Shown here: piece after piece, positions 33,516-42,534 of the stretch
Layout: every line of letters begins with the position of its first letter
Numbering within the stretch: the stretch's first letter is position 1
Source: a virus
Taxonomy: Duplodnaviria; Caudoviricetes
Length of the DNA: 64,000 nucleotides
IMG/VR virus record: IMGVR_UViG_3300045000_000081
Location: 3,736 to 67,735 of that record
Direction: 5' to 3' (one strand)
The notes under the pieces: generated by a model
What the model saw: only the letters and a program-made list of their open reading frames with translations
Database searches by the model: none
What the model was told of the DNA's origin: nothing
Program-made: the position numbers and the translations under genes

Positions 33516-35376
33516 ACTCCCACAGAAAAAATTAGCTGAGAAAGTCGTGGAACTTCTCGGCAATGAAAAGCCTTTTGAGGCGGCAAAAGCAATCCTGTCT
33601 TTCTCCGGGCAAACGGGAGAGGTGGACACCAAGGATAAGGCGTTACTTCTGCTGAACAGCTTTCTTCATTGGTTGTTGAACAACAAGGGACGCGAGGAAG
33701 CGGCATTGATGTTGTGGGGTCCGACACAATTCGACCCGCGACCCGAATCCACCCAACGAATTTGGAAGGCGCTGGATGAGAACCAAACCATTCTCTTGAT
33801 GGGAGCCGGTTCAATGTCCAAGAGTTTTTCTGCGGCGGTCTGGCATTTTCTCGAATGGATTCGCGACCCAGAATACACCACCGTAAAGGTGACGGGTCCC
33901 TCCGAACGTCATCTTGAGGATAATTTGTTTACCCATTTGGTTCGTCTTCACAAGGAAAGCCGAATTCCGCTCCCCGGTCAGGTAGGGCGGCTGTTCATCG
34001 GACTCGACCCGCGAGTTCGCAAGAGTTCCATCTCAGGAGTTGTGGTGCCGTTGGGTAAAAAGGCCGCGGGACGGTTGCAGGGGGTGAAGCGCGACCGGCG
34101 CAAGAAACCCCATCCGATTTTTGGCCCACAGTCCCGGCTGTTTATTTTTCTGGATGAAATCGCGAATATCCCGACGGGGATTTGGCGTGACATTGATAAT
34201 CTTCTTTCAAATACCAGCGGCACGGAGGGGCTGAGAATTACGGGGGCGTTTAATCCGACCGACCAAAACGATGAAGTGGGTGTGCGGTGTGAACCCCCGT
34301 TTGGTTGGCCCAGTTTTGACCCCGACGCGCATTTCGGCTGGGTCTCCACTCGTGGTTGGCGCGTAGTTCGTTTGGACGCGGCGCAATGTGAAAACGTAAA
34401 GGCCGGGAAGATAGTTTTTGAGGGGTTGCAGACTAAAGAAGGGTTTGACCGGATTGTCGAGAATTCTGGCGGCAATAATTCTCCCGGTTATTGGGCGATG
34501 GCGCGCGGATGTTTTCCGCCGACGGGAACGGTGATGTCCATCATCCCGCCGGGTCTTCTTGACCGATGGAAGGCGGAGGTTATCTGGTATGATTCCCCGG
34601 AGCCGTGCGGCGGGATTGACCTTGCGCTCGAAGGCAACGACGCGGCGCGGTTTGCGAAAGGACTTTTTGGTCGCGCGTCGGGGGTAAAATTTTCACCTTC
34701 TCTCGCGCATCCGAATGGACATACAATTTTTTTCGAGGACAAACGGGGTCGGAAGATTCTTCGTAATGTGATTTTTGTCGAACAAATTTTCAAGCTGCCC
34801 AAGGGGGACACCGTTGCCATGCAGGCGGAGATTGTTCGTCTGTGTCGAACTCTGAAAATCAAACCGGAATGGTTGGCGGTGGACCGCACCGGTAATGGTC
34901 AAGGAGTTTTCGATTTGCTGAAATATAATTGGGGAACGGGGGTTTGGGGGGTAAACTATTCGGAGGGTGCCGGGGAAACTCGCGTAATGGCGGAGGATAC
35001 TGACACGGCCAAGGAACTTTACGACCGGGTCCATAGCGAACTTTGGTTCGCCACGCGCAAGTTTATCGAGTTTCAATACTGTTTTGCGTCTCCCACACTG
35101 GCAACTGAGGAGTTGGTCCCGCAATTGACGGGTCGATTATTTCGTTCGTGTGGCAAGAAATCGCGGGTAGAAACCAAGAGTGATTTCAAGAGTCGCCATC
35201 AGAACAAATCCCCGGATGACGCAGATGCCGTCACGTTATTGATTCACGCGGCGCGAAAGGCGAGCGGATTTGTTCCGGGCATGATGGCAGAGAATTCGAC
35301 GGAGAGTTTTGACGAAGATGACGAAGACTATTCGGGGTCTCGGGTCGATGTCACCAACCGGTTTGACGATTTATGA
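33502..35376 (+). CDS. terL: terminase large subunit
   Basis: Variant Walker A GAGSMSKS, Walker B FLDE, FNP, nuclease GIDLA...D, C-terminal SPDDADA. Confidence 0.85.
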   Translation: MLSPELPQKKLAEKVVELLGNEKPFEAAKAILSFSGQTGEVDTKDKALLLLNSFLHWLLNNKGREEAALMLWGPTQFDPRPESTQRIWKALDENQTILLMGAGSMSKSFSAAVWHFLEWIRDPEYTTVKVTGPSERHLEDNLFTHLVRLHKESRIPLPGQVGRLFIGLDPRVRKSSISGVVVPLGKKAAGRLQGVKRDRRKKPHPIFGPQSRLFIFLDEIANIPTGIWRDIDNLLSNTSGTEGLRITGAFNPTDQNDEVGVRCEPPFGWPSFDPDAHFGWVSTRGWRVVRLDAAQCENVKAGKIVFEGLQTKEGFDRIVENSGGNNSPGYWAMARGCFPPTGTVMSIIPPGLLDRWKAEVIWYDSPEPCGGIDLALEGNDAARFAKGLFGRASGVKFSPSLAHPNGHTIFFEDKRGRKILRNVIFVEQIFKLPKGDTVAMQAEIVRLCRTLKIKPEWLAVDRTGNGQGVFDLLKYNWGTGVWGVNYSEGAGETRVMAEDTDTAKELYDRVHSELWFATRKFIEFQYCFASPTLATEELVPQLTGRLFRSCGKKSRVETKSDFKSRHQNKSPDDADAVTLLIHAARKASGFVPGMMAENSTESFDEDDEDYSGSRVDVTNRFDDL

Positions 35377-35948
35377 GTTGGTCGTTTAATCCGAATCTGT
35401 ATCCGCCTGATGGTTATGTATTTGAGGATGCTGACGGCGTAAAACACCGTGGCGACTCGTGGAAGGACCTTTTTCGTCTTGTCCGGGAGTATCGCGCGCG
35501 TAATGGTAAACCCCCCGGCGACTTAGAGGCAGAAATAAACACCCAACAGTGTGCTAAGACGCCCGGTCTTTGTCACGCACCGCCGGGACCCCCGCCTGCG
35601 CCGCTCGCGGCAGGTATTAACCACCGTGTTCTCAACTGGTTGAGCCATATTTTGACCAATAGGCGACAAAATGGCACACCGGCGCATGTCTCTGGCGAGG
35701 AAGCGGCACGGAGAGCGGCAATTTGTGCCGTATGTCCTCGGCAGCAGGCTCTTTCTAGCGCCTGTGAAGCGTGTTTACACAGCATCAAGGACGCTCGAAA
35801 GGTAATTTTGGGGGAACAAACTCCCGCGAATCGGTCACTCCATCCTTGCGGAGTTCTCGGGGAAGATACTTTTTCGTCTGTTCATTTGAACTTAAAACCC
35901 GAAATCGACCCGGCGCTTCCACCCTATTGCTGGCGTCGTTTCCCATGA
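35373..35948 (+). CDS. Cys-rich hypothetical protein
   Basis: RAAICAVCP, CEAC, C...PPYCW. Confidence 0.75.
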   Translation: MSWSFNPNLYPPDGYVFEDADGVKHRGDSWKDLFRLVREYRARNGKPPGDLEAEINTQQCAKTPGLCHAPPGPPPAPLAAGINHRVLNWLSHILTNRRQNGTPAHVSGEEAARRAAICAVCPRQQALSSACEACLHSIKDARKVILGEQTPANRSLHPCGVLGEDTFSSVHLNLKPEIDPALPPYCWRRFP

Positions 35949-36193
35949 AAATTCCTAACCCGTGGGTTGCTGCCCAAGCCGCAGCACGCGCCGCTCGTGC
36001 GGTGATGAAACGTGCGCCGCTTACCGTCTCACAGGAGACAGTTGACCTTCGGACCAAGATTTGCCATAAGTGCGAGTTTTTCGACCCTAACTTTGGACAG
36101 TGTAAGGTTTGTTCCTGTATAATTTCGCTCAAGGCACAGCTTGCCACGGAAAAATGTCCCAAGGGTAAGTGGCCATTTTCTAATCAAAGTTGA
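35945..36193 (+). CDS. small Cys-rich protein (DUF6171-like)
   Basis: RTKICHKC...QCKVCSC...KCPKGKW. Confidence 0.75.
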   Translation: MKIPNPWVAAQAAARAARAVMKRAPLTVSQETVDLRTKICHKCEFFDPNFGQCKVCSCIISLKAQLATEKCPKGKWPFSNQS

Positions 36194-36218
36194 CTTTCCT
36201 AAGAATCGTCAGACTTCT
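36190..36218 (+). promoter_or_regulatory. class II promoter for the portal operon
   Basis: TTGACT-N17-ACTTCT; ATG at 36228. Confidence 0.65.
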
Positions 36219-36227
36219 TCTAACGAC

Positions 36228-38360
36228 ATGCTCCCCGAGAATTCTACCGACCAGAATCGCCCGAAAGGCGACCCCTTTAATGGGGCGGTCAACCAACCTG
36301 ACCTCGATAGTTCGCTGAAACCGAAACGTCGGGCTATCAAGGATGCCGCGCAGGCTCAAAACATTATCACGACGGTAGAAACCGCCAGCCGCGACCGGAA
36401 TATCAAGAACGCGCGCATCATGGCGAAATACAACAGCGAGAAGCCCTATACTACGGAGGCATTAACGGCGGAGGGACTTTCGTGGAAATCCAACTTCACC
36501 ACCAAACCCTTGCCGATGCTAATAGATAAGGTCGCGCCAAGATTCGTCAAGGCCGTGGAAGGTGTGAAGTATTACACCAACTCCGCGTTGCCCGATGAGG
36601 TCGAGGGTTCTGAGGTGAAGACCGAAGCCTTTAGACGGGAAATTACAAAAACTATCCGCGCGCATCCCGAGTGGTCTAATTTTTGCAACGACCTTGCTCA
36701 AGAGAACGCACTTTTTGGTTTCGCGGCGGTTGCATGGCAGGATGAGTTTCACTGGATGCCAAAATTTTTTCGGCAGGACCAATTTTTTCTTCCTTCGGGA
36801 ACAAAACAGTCTCCAAGGGCGGCGCAGGTCGCAGTTCTTCGCGAAGTTTTTCTTTTGCACGAGCTTTTTGAGTTGATTGAGGATAAAAAGGCGGCGGAAA
36901 CCCGCGGCTGGGATGTCAAAGAAACTGTGGCGGCGTTGAACGAAGCCACTCCGCTCAATCGGCGAAGTCAACAGACGACGTGGGAACGAATTCATGAGGA
37001 CATGATTCGTGAATCCAATCTAGGGCTTTCTTTTGAGGCGGGTCCGCGCGCAGTAGTCGTCTGGCATCTTTTGGCGACGGAGATTGATGGGAAAGTTTCT
37101 CACTATATTCTTCTCGATAAGACTTTCAAGGTGCTCTTCACTAATGAAGACCAATATGATTCGATGCCGGACGCGCTGGGATTGTTTTGTTTCCAGCAAG
37201 GTAACGGCACCGTGCATGGCAGCAAGGGGATTGGTCGTGAGCTTTACGCGATGGCTGGAATTCTCGACCGTTCACGCAATGAGGTCGTGGACCGATTGAA
37301 TCTTGCGGGAAAAATCATTATTCAAGGCGACGATAAGGCTCTCCGTCGCTTTAAGATGTCCGTAGTGGGCAATGCGATTCTGATTGGTCAGGGTTATGTG
37401 ATTTCGGAGCGGAAACTGGACGCGGGAGTAGAGCCATTTCTTAAGCTCGACGAATTTCTCACGTCGCTTCTCGACCAGATGGCGGGCGCGACGACTCCAA
37501 AAGTTTTTGAGGGGGAGCGGGTCACGAAAGCGCAGGTGGAATTTTTTGCACAGCGCGAGGAAGAAACGCGAGATAGCATCATTGCGAGATTTTTGACTCA
37601 ATTCGCGCGAATGATGACGACGATTCAAAAGCGGCTGTGTGACAAGAACACGGATGATAACGACGCGAAGGAGATGCAGGAACGCTTGCTCAAAGTCATG
37701 TCTCGTGAAGAGCTTGATGAATTGGCCAAGCAACCCGTCGCGGAGACCGTTCGTGACTACACCGAATTGAAGCGGCAACAGATTGTCGCGATTGCAACTG
37801 AGGCGCGCGGGAATCCACTCTATAATCAGAAGGAACTGGAGCTTCAAAAAGTGACGGCACAGGTTGACGAAGAGTTTGCCAAGAAAATTCTGTTGCCTGA
37901 CGAAGACCCGACGGTTCAGGCGGAGCAATCGAGGCTTCAGAGTTTGGAGTTGTTGCTCATCGTGGGTCAAAGTGCGGAGGTTCCAGTATCTCCCCGGGAT
38001 AATCACGAAGTCCATCTTCAGGTTTTGATGCCGGTAATGGAAGCGACGGCCCAGCAGGCCGTTTCCGACCCTCACGCGGTTCAAACCCTTCATGCGCTTC
38101 TTGCCCATGCGGAGGCGCACTATAATGCGGCAGTGGCCGGGGGGACTCCAAAGGAGGTTCTCAAGCCCGTCGAGGAAATTCTTACCAAGCTTCGGGCAAG
38201 TATGGACAAACTGAACGAACTTGCCCAGCAGCACCACGACGTTAATGCGGCAGCGGATGCCCATGCAAATGGCGCAGTTCCCGCGGGGGAAGTGGGCGCA
38301 CTCGATGTAGCCGCCGCAGGCGGGGACCCTGAAACTACCCCAATCTTACCGACACAATAA
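36228..38360 (+). CDS. portal protein
   Basis: About 710 aa, helical, follows terL and precedes the scaffold and capsid; call is mainly by synteny. Confidence 0.75.
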   Translation: MLPENSTDQNRPKGDPFNGAVNQPDLDSSLKPKRRAIKDAAQAQNIITTVETASRDRNIKNARIMAKYNSEKPYTTEALTAEGLSWKSNFTTKPLPMLIDKVAPRFVKAVEGVKYYTNSALPDEVEGSEVKTEAFRREITKTIRAHPEWSNFCNDLAQENALFGFAAVAWQDEFHWMPKFFRQDQFFLPSGTKQSPRAAQVAVLREVFLLHELFELIEDKKAAETRGWDVKETVAALNEATPLNRRSQQTTWERIHEDMIRESNLGLSFEAGPRAVVVWHLLATEIDGKVSHYILLDKTFKVLFTNEDQYDSMPDALGLFCFQQGNGTVHGSKGIGRELYAMAGILDRSRNEVVDRLNLAGKIIIQGDDKALRRFKMSVVGNAILIGQGYVISERKLDAGVEPFLKLDEFLTSLLDQMAGATTPKVFEGERVTKAQVEFFAQREEETRDSIIARFLTQFARMMTTIQKRLCDKNTDDNDAKEMQERLLKVMSREELDELAKQPVAETVRDYTELKRQQIVAIATEARGNPLYNQKELELQKVTAQVDEEFAKKILLPDEDPTVQAEQSRLQSLELLLIVGQSAEVPVSPRDNHEVHLQVLMPVMEATAQQAVSDPHAVQTLHALLAHAEAHYNAAVAGGTPKEVLKPVEEILTKLRASMDKLNELAQQHHDVNAAADAHANGAVPAGEVGALDVAAAGGDPETTPILPTQ

Positions 38361-38675
38361 ATGTTCATCCCTACGAATCGTGAGCTACCAGAATGGAATT
38401 CTGACGATGCCCTCACCCTTAAAGGATTTCTCGAATCATCCACGGGCATAAAGCTGGCGCAGACGCTTGCTTTCCTCGCCCCCACTCTTCTCGATGGTGA
38501 ACACAAGAATAAAACTCTTGTGGCAAGCGGCGTTGTGAAGGGATACACCGAAGCGGTGGAGACTCTCTTTTCTCTTCAGAACAGCCGTCCAAAAGAGATG
38601 GAACCAAAGACTGACAATTATCCGTCTATCGACGATGACTCGAAGTGGGCGGAATCCGACACGAACGCATCCTAA
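38361..38675 (+). CDS. hypothetical head-module protein
   Basis: ATG ORF directly after the portal. Confidence 0.7.
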   Translation: MFIPTNRELPEWNSDDALTLKGFLESSTGIKLAQTLAFLAPTLLDGEHKNKTLVASGVVKGYTEAVETLFSLQNSRPKEMEPKTDNYPSIDDDSKWAESDTNAS

Positions 38676-38686
38676 GAACCGAACCT

Positions 38687-39946
38687 ATGGCTACCGAAAA
38701 TACTGACATCTCCGACATTCCCGGAGCAGATACCCTCCCCACCACGGACCCGGAAACATCTTCCGAACTCGACCGTATGTTGCTTGAAGCAACCGAAGGA
38801 AAGGGAGAGGATACAGGAACTGACGCGCCTCCGGAAGATAAGAAGGATGACGCTGCTCCAGAGGATAAGAAGGAGGACGCCGTTCTAGCGGACAAGAAGG
38901 AAAATGCTGCCCCCGAAGACAAGAAGGCCACGCCGGAGCCGGATGAATTAGACACGGTGGAGCTTCCCACAAACGTCAAACCGAAGACGGGCGAAGCTTT
39001 TTCAGAGGTGAAGCGGGTTGCCCGGGAGAAAATTTCTTTGCTGGCGACGAAAACTAAGGAACTTGAAGCGAAGGTTGCCGACCTTGAATCAAAGACCAAG
39101 GACGGGGGGCTTACCCCGGAACTCAAGACGGAGATTGAAGAGTTGCGGAGTTTTCGTGCGCGGCTGGATGTGGAAGCTGACCCGGCGTTCAAAAGTTTTG
39201 ACTTGAAGGCGGGGGAAGTGACGGAGTCGATTTATGCCAAGCTTCTTCTCGGGGGAGCAACGGCTCCAGTGATTGAAAAAATCAAGGAACTCGGGGGCAT
39301 CAACGAGATTAACTGGGAACCGATTTTGAAAAATCTCCCCGACCAGATTCGTCGGTCGGTCGAGGCAAAGCTGGTGGAAGTTGAGGACCTCAGTGAACGT
39401 AAGGCCAAGGCCATAAAGGAAGCCAAGGAGAACGCGGAGAAATATCTGGCAGACCGTCAGCACCAGACTTCTAAACAGCGGGAAATTTCTACACAGAAAG
39501 CCCTTGCTTACGGGGAGAAACTTCTTGCGGAGACGGAATGGATGAAACCAAAGCCAGTTCCCTCCGGTGCGACCCCCGCTGAGAAAGCTGCTATTGAGGA
39601 TTACAACAAATTTTTGAAGGATGCGTCCGTTGCAGTCGCCGAAGCGGCCAAGGATGACTCACCGGAAATGCGCGCGGCTCTGGGTCTCGGGGTTGTGGAA
39701 TTGATGAAGGTTCGTCGCGATTTTGCGGAGCACAAGGCGTCGTCGGAAGCGCAGATTAAGGCGCTTGAAGCGAGCCTCAAAGAGTCGCAGACTCTTCTGG
39801 AAAAAATTAAGAAGGGTTCGACGCAGCGGTTGCGTAATACTCCAGCTAACGACGACACCCAGCCCAACAAGAATACAAAGTTAGAATCCGGCTCCGAGGC
39901 GATTGACCGGATGGCGCGTGAAGCGGCGGGCGGCGTTCCGGCTTAA
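38687..39946 (+). CDS. capsid scaffolding protein
   Basis: Acidic, low-complexity PEDKK repeats, coiled coil, between portal and capsid. Confidence 0.7.
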   Translation: MATENTDISDIPGADTLPTTDPETSSELDRMLLEATEGKGEDTGTDAPPEDKKDDAAPEDKKEDAVLADKKENAAPEDKKATPEPDELDTVELPTNVKPKTGEAFSEVKRVAREKISLLATKTKELEAKVADLESKTKDGGLTPELKTEIEELRSFRARLDVEADPAFKSFDLKAGEVTESIYAKLLLGGATAPVIEKIKELGGINEINWEPILKNLPDQIRRSVEAKLVEVEDLSERKAKAIKEAKENAEKYLADRQHQTSKQREISTQKALAYGEKLLAETEWMKPKPVPSGATPAEKAAIEDYNKFLKDASVAVAEAAKDDSPEMRAALGLGVVELMKVRRDFAEHKASSEAQIKALEASLKESQTLLEKIKKGSTQRLRNTPANDDTQPNKNTKLESGSEAIDRMAREAAGGVPA

Positions 39947-40158
39947 TGAAATCTCTCGAAGAATATCTGAGAATTGCGAATTCATCGGGAATCATTGACC
40001 ACGCTATCCGAGCGCAAGTAAATGATGACGGAACAATCTCATTTTATATCCATCCGGCCTCGACCTCCGGGGAGACTCTGGACTTCCGAGTGGACGGAAA
40101 TAGATTGATTCCGGCGGGTTGGGCGTCAGCTTCTCCATGTCTTATCTCACCGAGTTAG
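39946..40158 (+). CDS. small hypothetical protein
   Basis: TAATG overlap with the scaffold stop. Confidence 0.6.
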   Translation: MKSLEEYLRIANSSGIIDHAIRAQVNDDGTISFYIHPASTSGETLDFRVDGNRLIPAGWASASPCLISPS

Positions 40159-41162
40159 TTCTGTCGAAAGTTCGCAGCTTCCCAACCACGACGGAGGCTG
40201 CGGCTTTCTTTGAAGTTTCCGAAGCACTGGTTCTACAGTGGGAGAAGGGAAGTAAGACGGTGTCCCTTGCGGCAGTGGAAAAAGTTTTTGACCCGGGGGC
40301 AATGCCCGGTATGGAGAAGGCTCAAGAGGCGAGATGGGAGGGGAAACAGGTTTGCTTGATGATGCCGAGTTACAAAACGTCAAATCCTCGGACGACCTTC
40401 TCGTTGATGAGTATGCTGGACCGCGCGAAAATGGCGGTCATGTTGGATTTTGGAGATGCGTTCATAGCACATTCCCGAAACAAACTTGCGGATAATTTTC
40501 TAAAGACAAAAATCGAGTGGGCGTTCACGGTCGATGATGATATGATTGTCCCTTTTGGCAATGCCGAACTTTTCAACCTTTTTACTCGTTTTAATTTCCC
40601 TCCCGCCTCTGCCGGACTCCACACCATTAACCGTTTGTTGTCTCACGGCAAGACTTTGGTGGGTGGTCTTTACTTCGGTCGTTGGGCGCACGGCAAAGCG
40701 GTTTATGCCGAGGGTGCGGAGGACAAAGTCGAGGAAGCCTATGCTCGGCGAGCACCACACAATCAATGTAAGCCGACAAAATGGGTCGGGACGGGATGTC
40801 TCCTGATTCATCGGACGGTGTTTCTCGACATCGAAAAAAAATTCCCGCATCTCGCGCGAAATGTGCAAGGGGACTTTGGACATTGGTTTACGAGCAGCGA
40901 GCACGATTTGAAAGACGCCACCGAAAAGGCGTTGGCTATTTTGAATGATGACTCAGTGGGTGAAGCGGCTCGAATTGCCGAGTCCAAAAAATTGATTTTG
41001 CATGGCCGGGAGCAGTCGCGATGGCACTCGGGACTCGGGATGGGTGAAGATGTAACATTCTGTGTTCGGGCCGCACAGTCGGGACATATTCCCCATGTGG
41101 ACATGGCGGTGGTTTGTGGACATGTGGGGGACAAATGCTATGGCCCAAGACCCACCAACTAA
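40137..41162 (+). CDS. GT2-like glycosyltransferase with N-terminal HTH
   Basis: TTTEAAAFFEVSEALVLQWEKG HTH; AHSRN, TVDDDMI, GTGCLLIHR, GEDVTFC. Confidence 0.75.
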   Translation: MSYLTELVLSKVRSFPTTTEAAAFFEVSEALVLQWEKGSKTVSLAAVEKVFDPGAMPGMEKAQEARWEGKQVCLMMPSYKTSNPRTTFSLMSMLDRAKMAVMLDFGDAFIAHSRNKLADNFLKTKIEWAFTVDDDMIVPFGNAELFNLFTRFNFPPASAGLHTINRLLSHGKTLVGGLYFGRWAHGKAVYAEGAEDKVEEAYARRAPHNQCKPTKWVGTGCLLIHRTVFLDIEKKFPHLARNVQGDFGHWFTSSEHDLKDATEKALAILNDDSVGEAARIAESKKLILHGREQSRWHSGLGMGEDVTFCVRAAQSGHIPHVDMAVVCGHVGDKCYGPRPTN

Positions 41163-41880
41163 AATCCTTTTGGCCTTGCAGTTTTGGAAGGGAGACCGGG
41201 ACCAAGCCATGCGCGTTGCGCGGCTCATCGCGGACTTGGAACCCCGGCACTCTGATTTCGCGGATTTCCTTTTTGTCTCTCGGTTCGACTGTGAGCAGGA
41301 CATGAAGACGGTCGAGTATGTGTCGTCCAAGTTCAATACTCATACTTTTGTGAATCGGCATCGACGGGGCACCGGTTGGCCTCATGGATGTAATGACCTT
41401 TGGTTTGGGACAATGGACCACGTCTATTCTTTTTCCGAGGCGAAACGATTTCCTCCTTACAAATCGGTGCTGACCTTTGAGGCTGATGCTTGTCCACTGG
41501 TTCCGAACTGGCATCGGGAACTTTCCCGGGCATGGGATGAATTGGCCGCGCCTAAAGACGTGAAAATGTTTGGGGCGCGGGTTGAACACCCTCTTCCGCA
41601 CATCAACGGGAACGCGATGTTTAGCGGCGACCTAAAGTTCCTCTATTGGATTTCTCGACTGATTGGCGGCTGTGACCCAACGCAGGGATGGGACTTTCGA
41701 TTAGCTCGCGATTTTAAGCGGGAGGGTTGGATGGATTGTCCGCTTATCAAAAGTCACTGGCAAAAAAAGACGATGTCCCCAGACGAGATTCATTCTCTCC
41801 GTAGTTCGGGGGTAGTTTTACTTCATGGGGTGAAGGATGATTCGGTTATTGCGGATACCCGTAAAAGATTTGTTGGATGA
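41140..41880 (+). CDS. glycosyltransferase-like protein
   Basis: GWPHGCN, LTFEADACP (DxD-like), HINGNAMF. Confidence 0.55.
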   Translation: MAQDPPTKILLALQFWKGDRDQAMRVARLIADLEPRHSDFADFLFVSRFDCEQDMKTVEYVSSKFNTHTFVNRHRRGTGWPHGCNDLWFGTMDHVYSFSEAKRFPPYKSVLTFEADACPLVPNWHRELSRAWDELAAPKDVKMFGARVEHPLPHINGNAMFSGDLKFLYWISRLIGGCDPTQGWDFRLARDFKREGWMDCPLIKSHWQKKTMSPDEIHSLRSSGVVLLHGVKDDSVIADTRKRFVG

Positions 41881-42341
41881 AGACTTGTAATAAATGTCGG
41901 GAGAGTTTGTCCGAAGAGGAGTTTAGCAAAGATAAATCCACCAAGGATGGGTTAAGGAATCGTTGTCGAAAGTGTATGGCAAAAGTATGGAAACTGGGAT
42001 ATTTATCCAACCCGGAAAAATGGAAAAAACGCTCTCGGGACTGGAGCACCAATAATCCTGAAAAACGAAAACGGATTCAGCGCAATACGGACCTTCAGAA
42101 TCTTTACGGAATCACGACGGCGGAGTTTGAAAGTCAGAAGAACAAGCAGGAAGGGCGTTGCGCCATTTGTATGGACCCGCTGATGGCGGGTAAAAATGGG
42201 GCGCATGTGGACCATGACCATCAGACCGGTAAGACCCGAGAAATTTTATGCGCGCCGTGTAATAAAGGATTGGGACAGTTTCGCGACTCGATTCCCCGTC
42301 TATCAGCAGCGGTGATGTATCTTCAAAAACATTCTAGTTGA
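41877..42341 (+). CDS. endonuclease VII-family homing endonuclease
   Basis: CNKC...CRKC, CAIC, VDHDH...REILCAPCNKGLG. Confidence 0.9.
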   Translation: MKTCNKCRESLSEEEFSKDKSTKDGLRNRCRKCMAKVWKLGYLSNPEKWKKRSRDWSTNNPEKRKRIQRNTDLQNLYGITTAEFESQKNKQEGRCAICMDPLMAGKNGAHVDHDHQTGKTREILCAPCNKGLGQFRDSIPRLSAAVMYLQKHSS

Positions 42342-42366
42342 CTTCTTCAAAAGTCTCCGCACTTCT
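42338..42366 (+). promoter_or_regulatory. class II promoter for the capsid gene
   Basis: TTGACT-N17-ACTTCT followed by an about 165-nt hairpin-rich leader. Confidence 0.65.
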
Positions 42367-42534
42367 CAGGGTAGGAACTAAACTTCCGCCTCGCGGCGGA
42401 CCCGCCTCGTTCCGGGTTGGACTTGAGCCTAATTTTCCTTCGGCTGGCTCGCGAGGGAAAGGTCCGTGATAACCCTTTGTCACACAAGTCTCTAAACCCG
42501 TCAGCATAAAGCTGACCAAGAAAGTTTTCTCTAT

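Noticed and set aside
4371-35376. introns or inteins in primase, polymerase or terminase
   Set aside because: The genes are uninterrupted and of normal length, with no intein splice motifs; neighbouring endonucleases have their own overlapping starts and stops.
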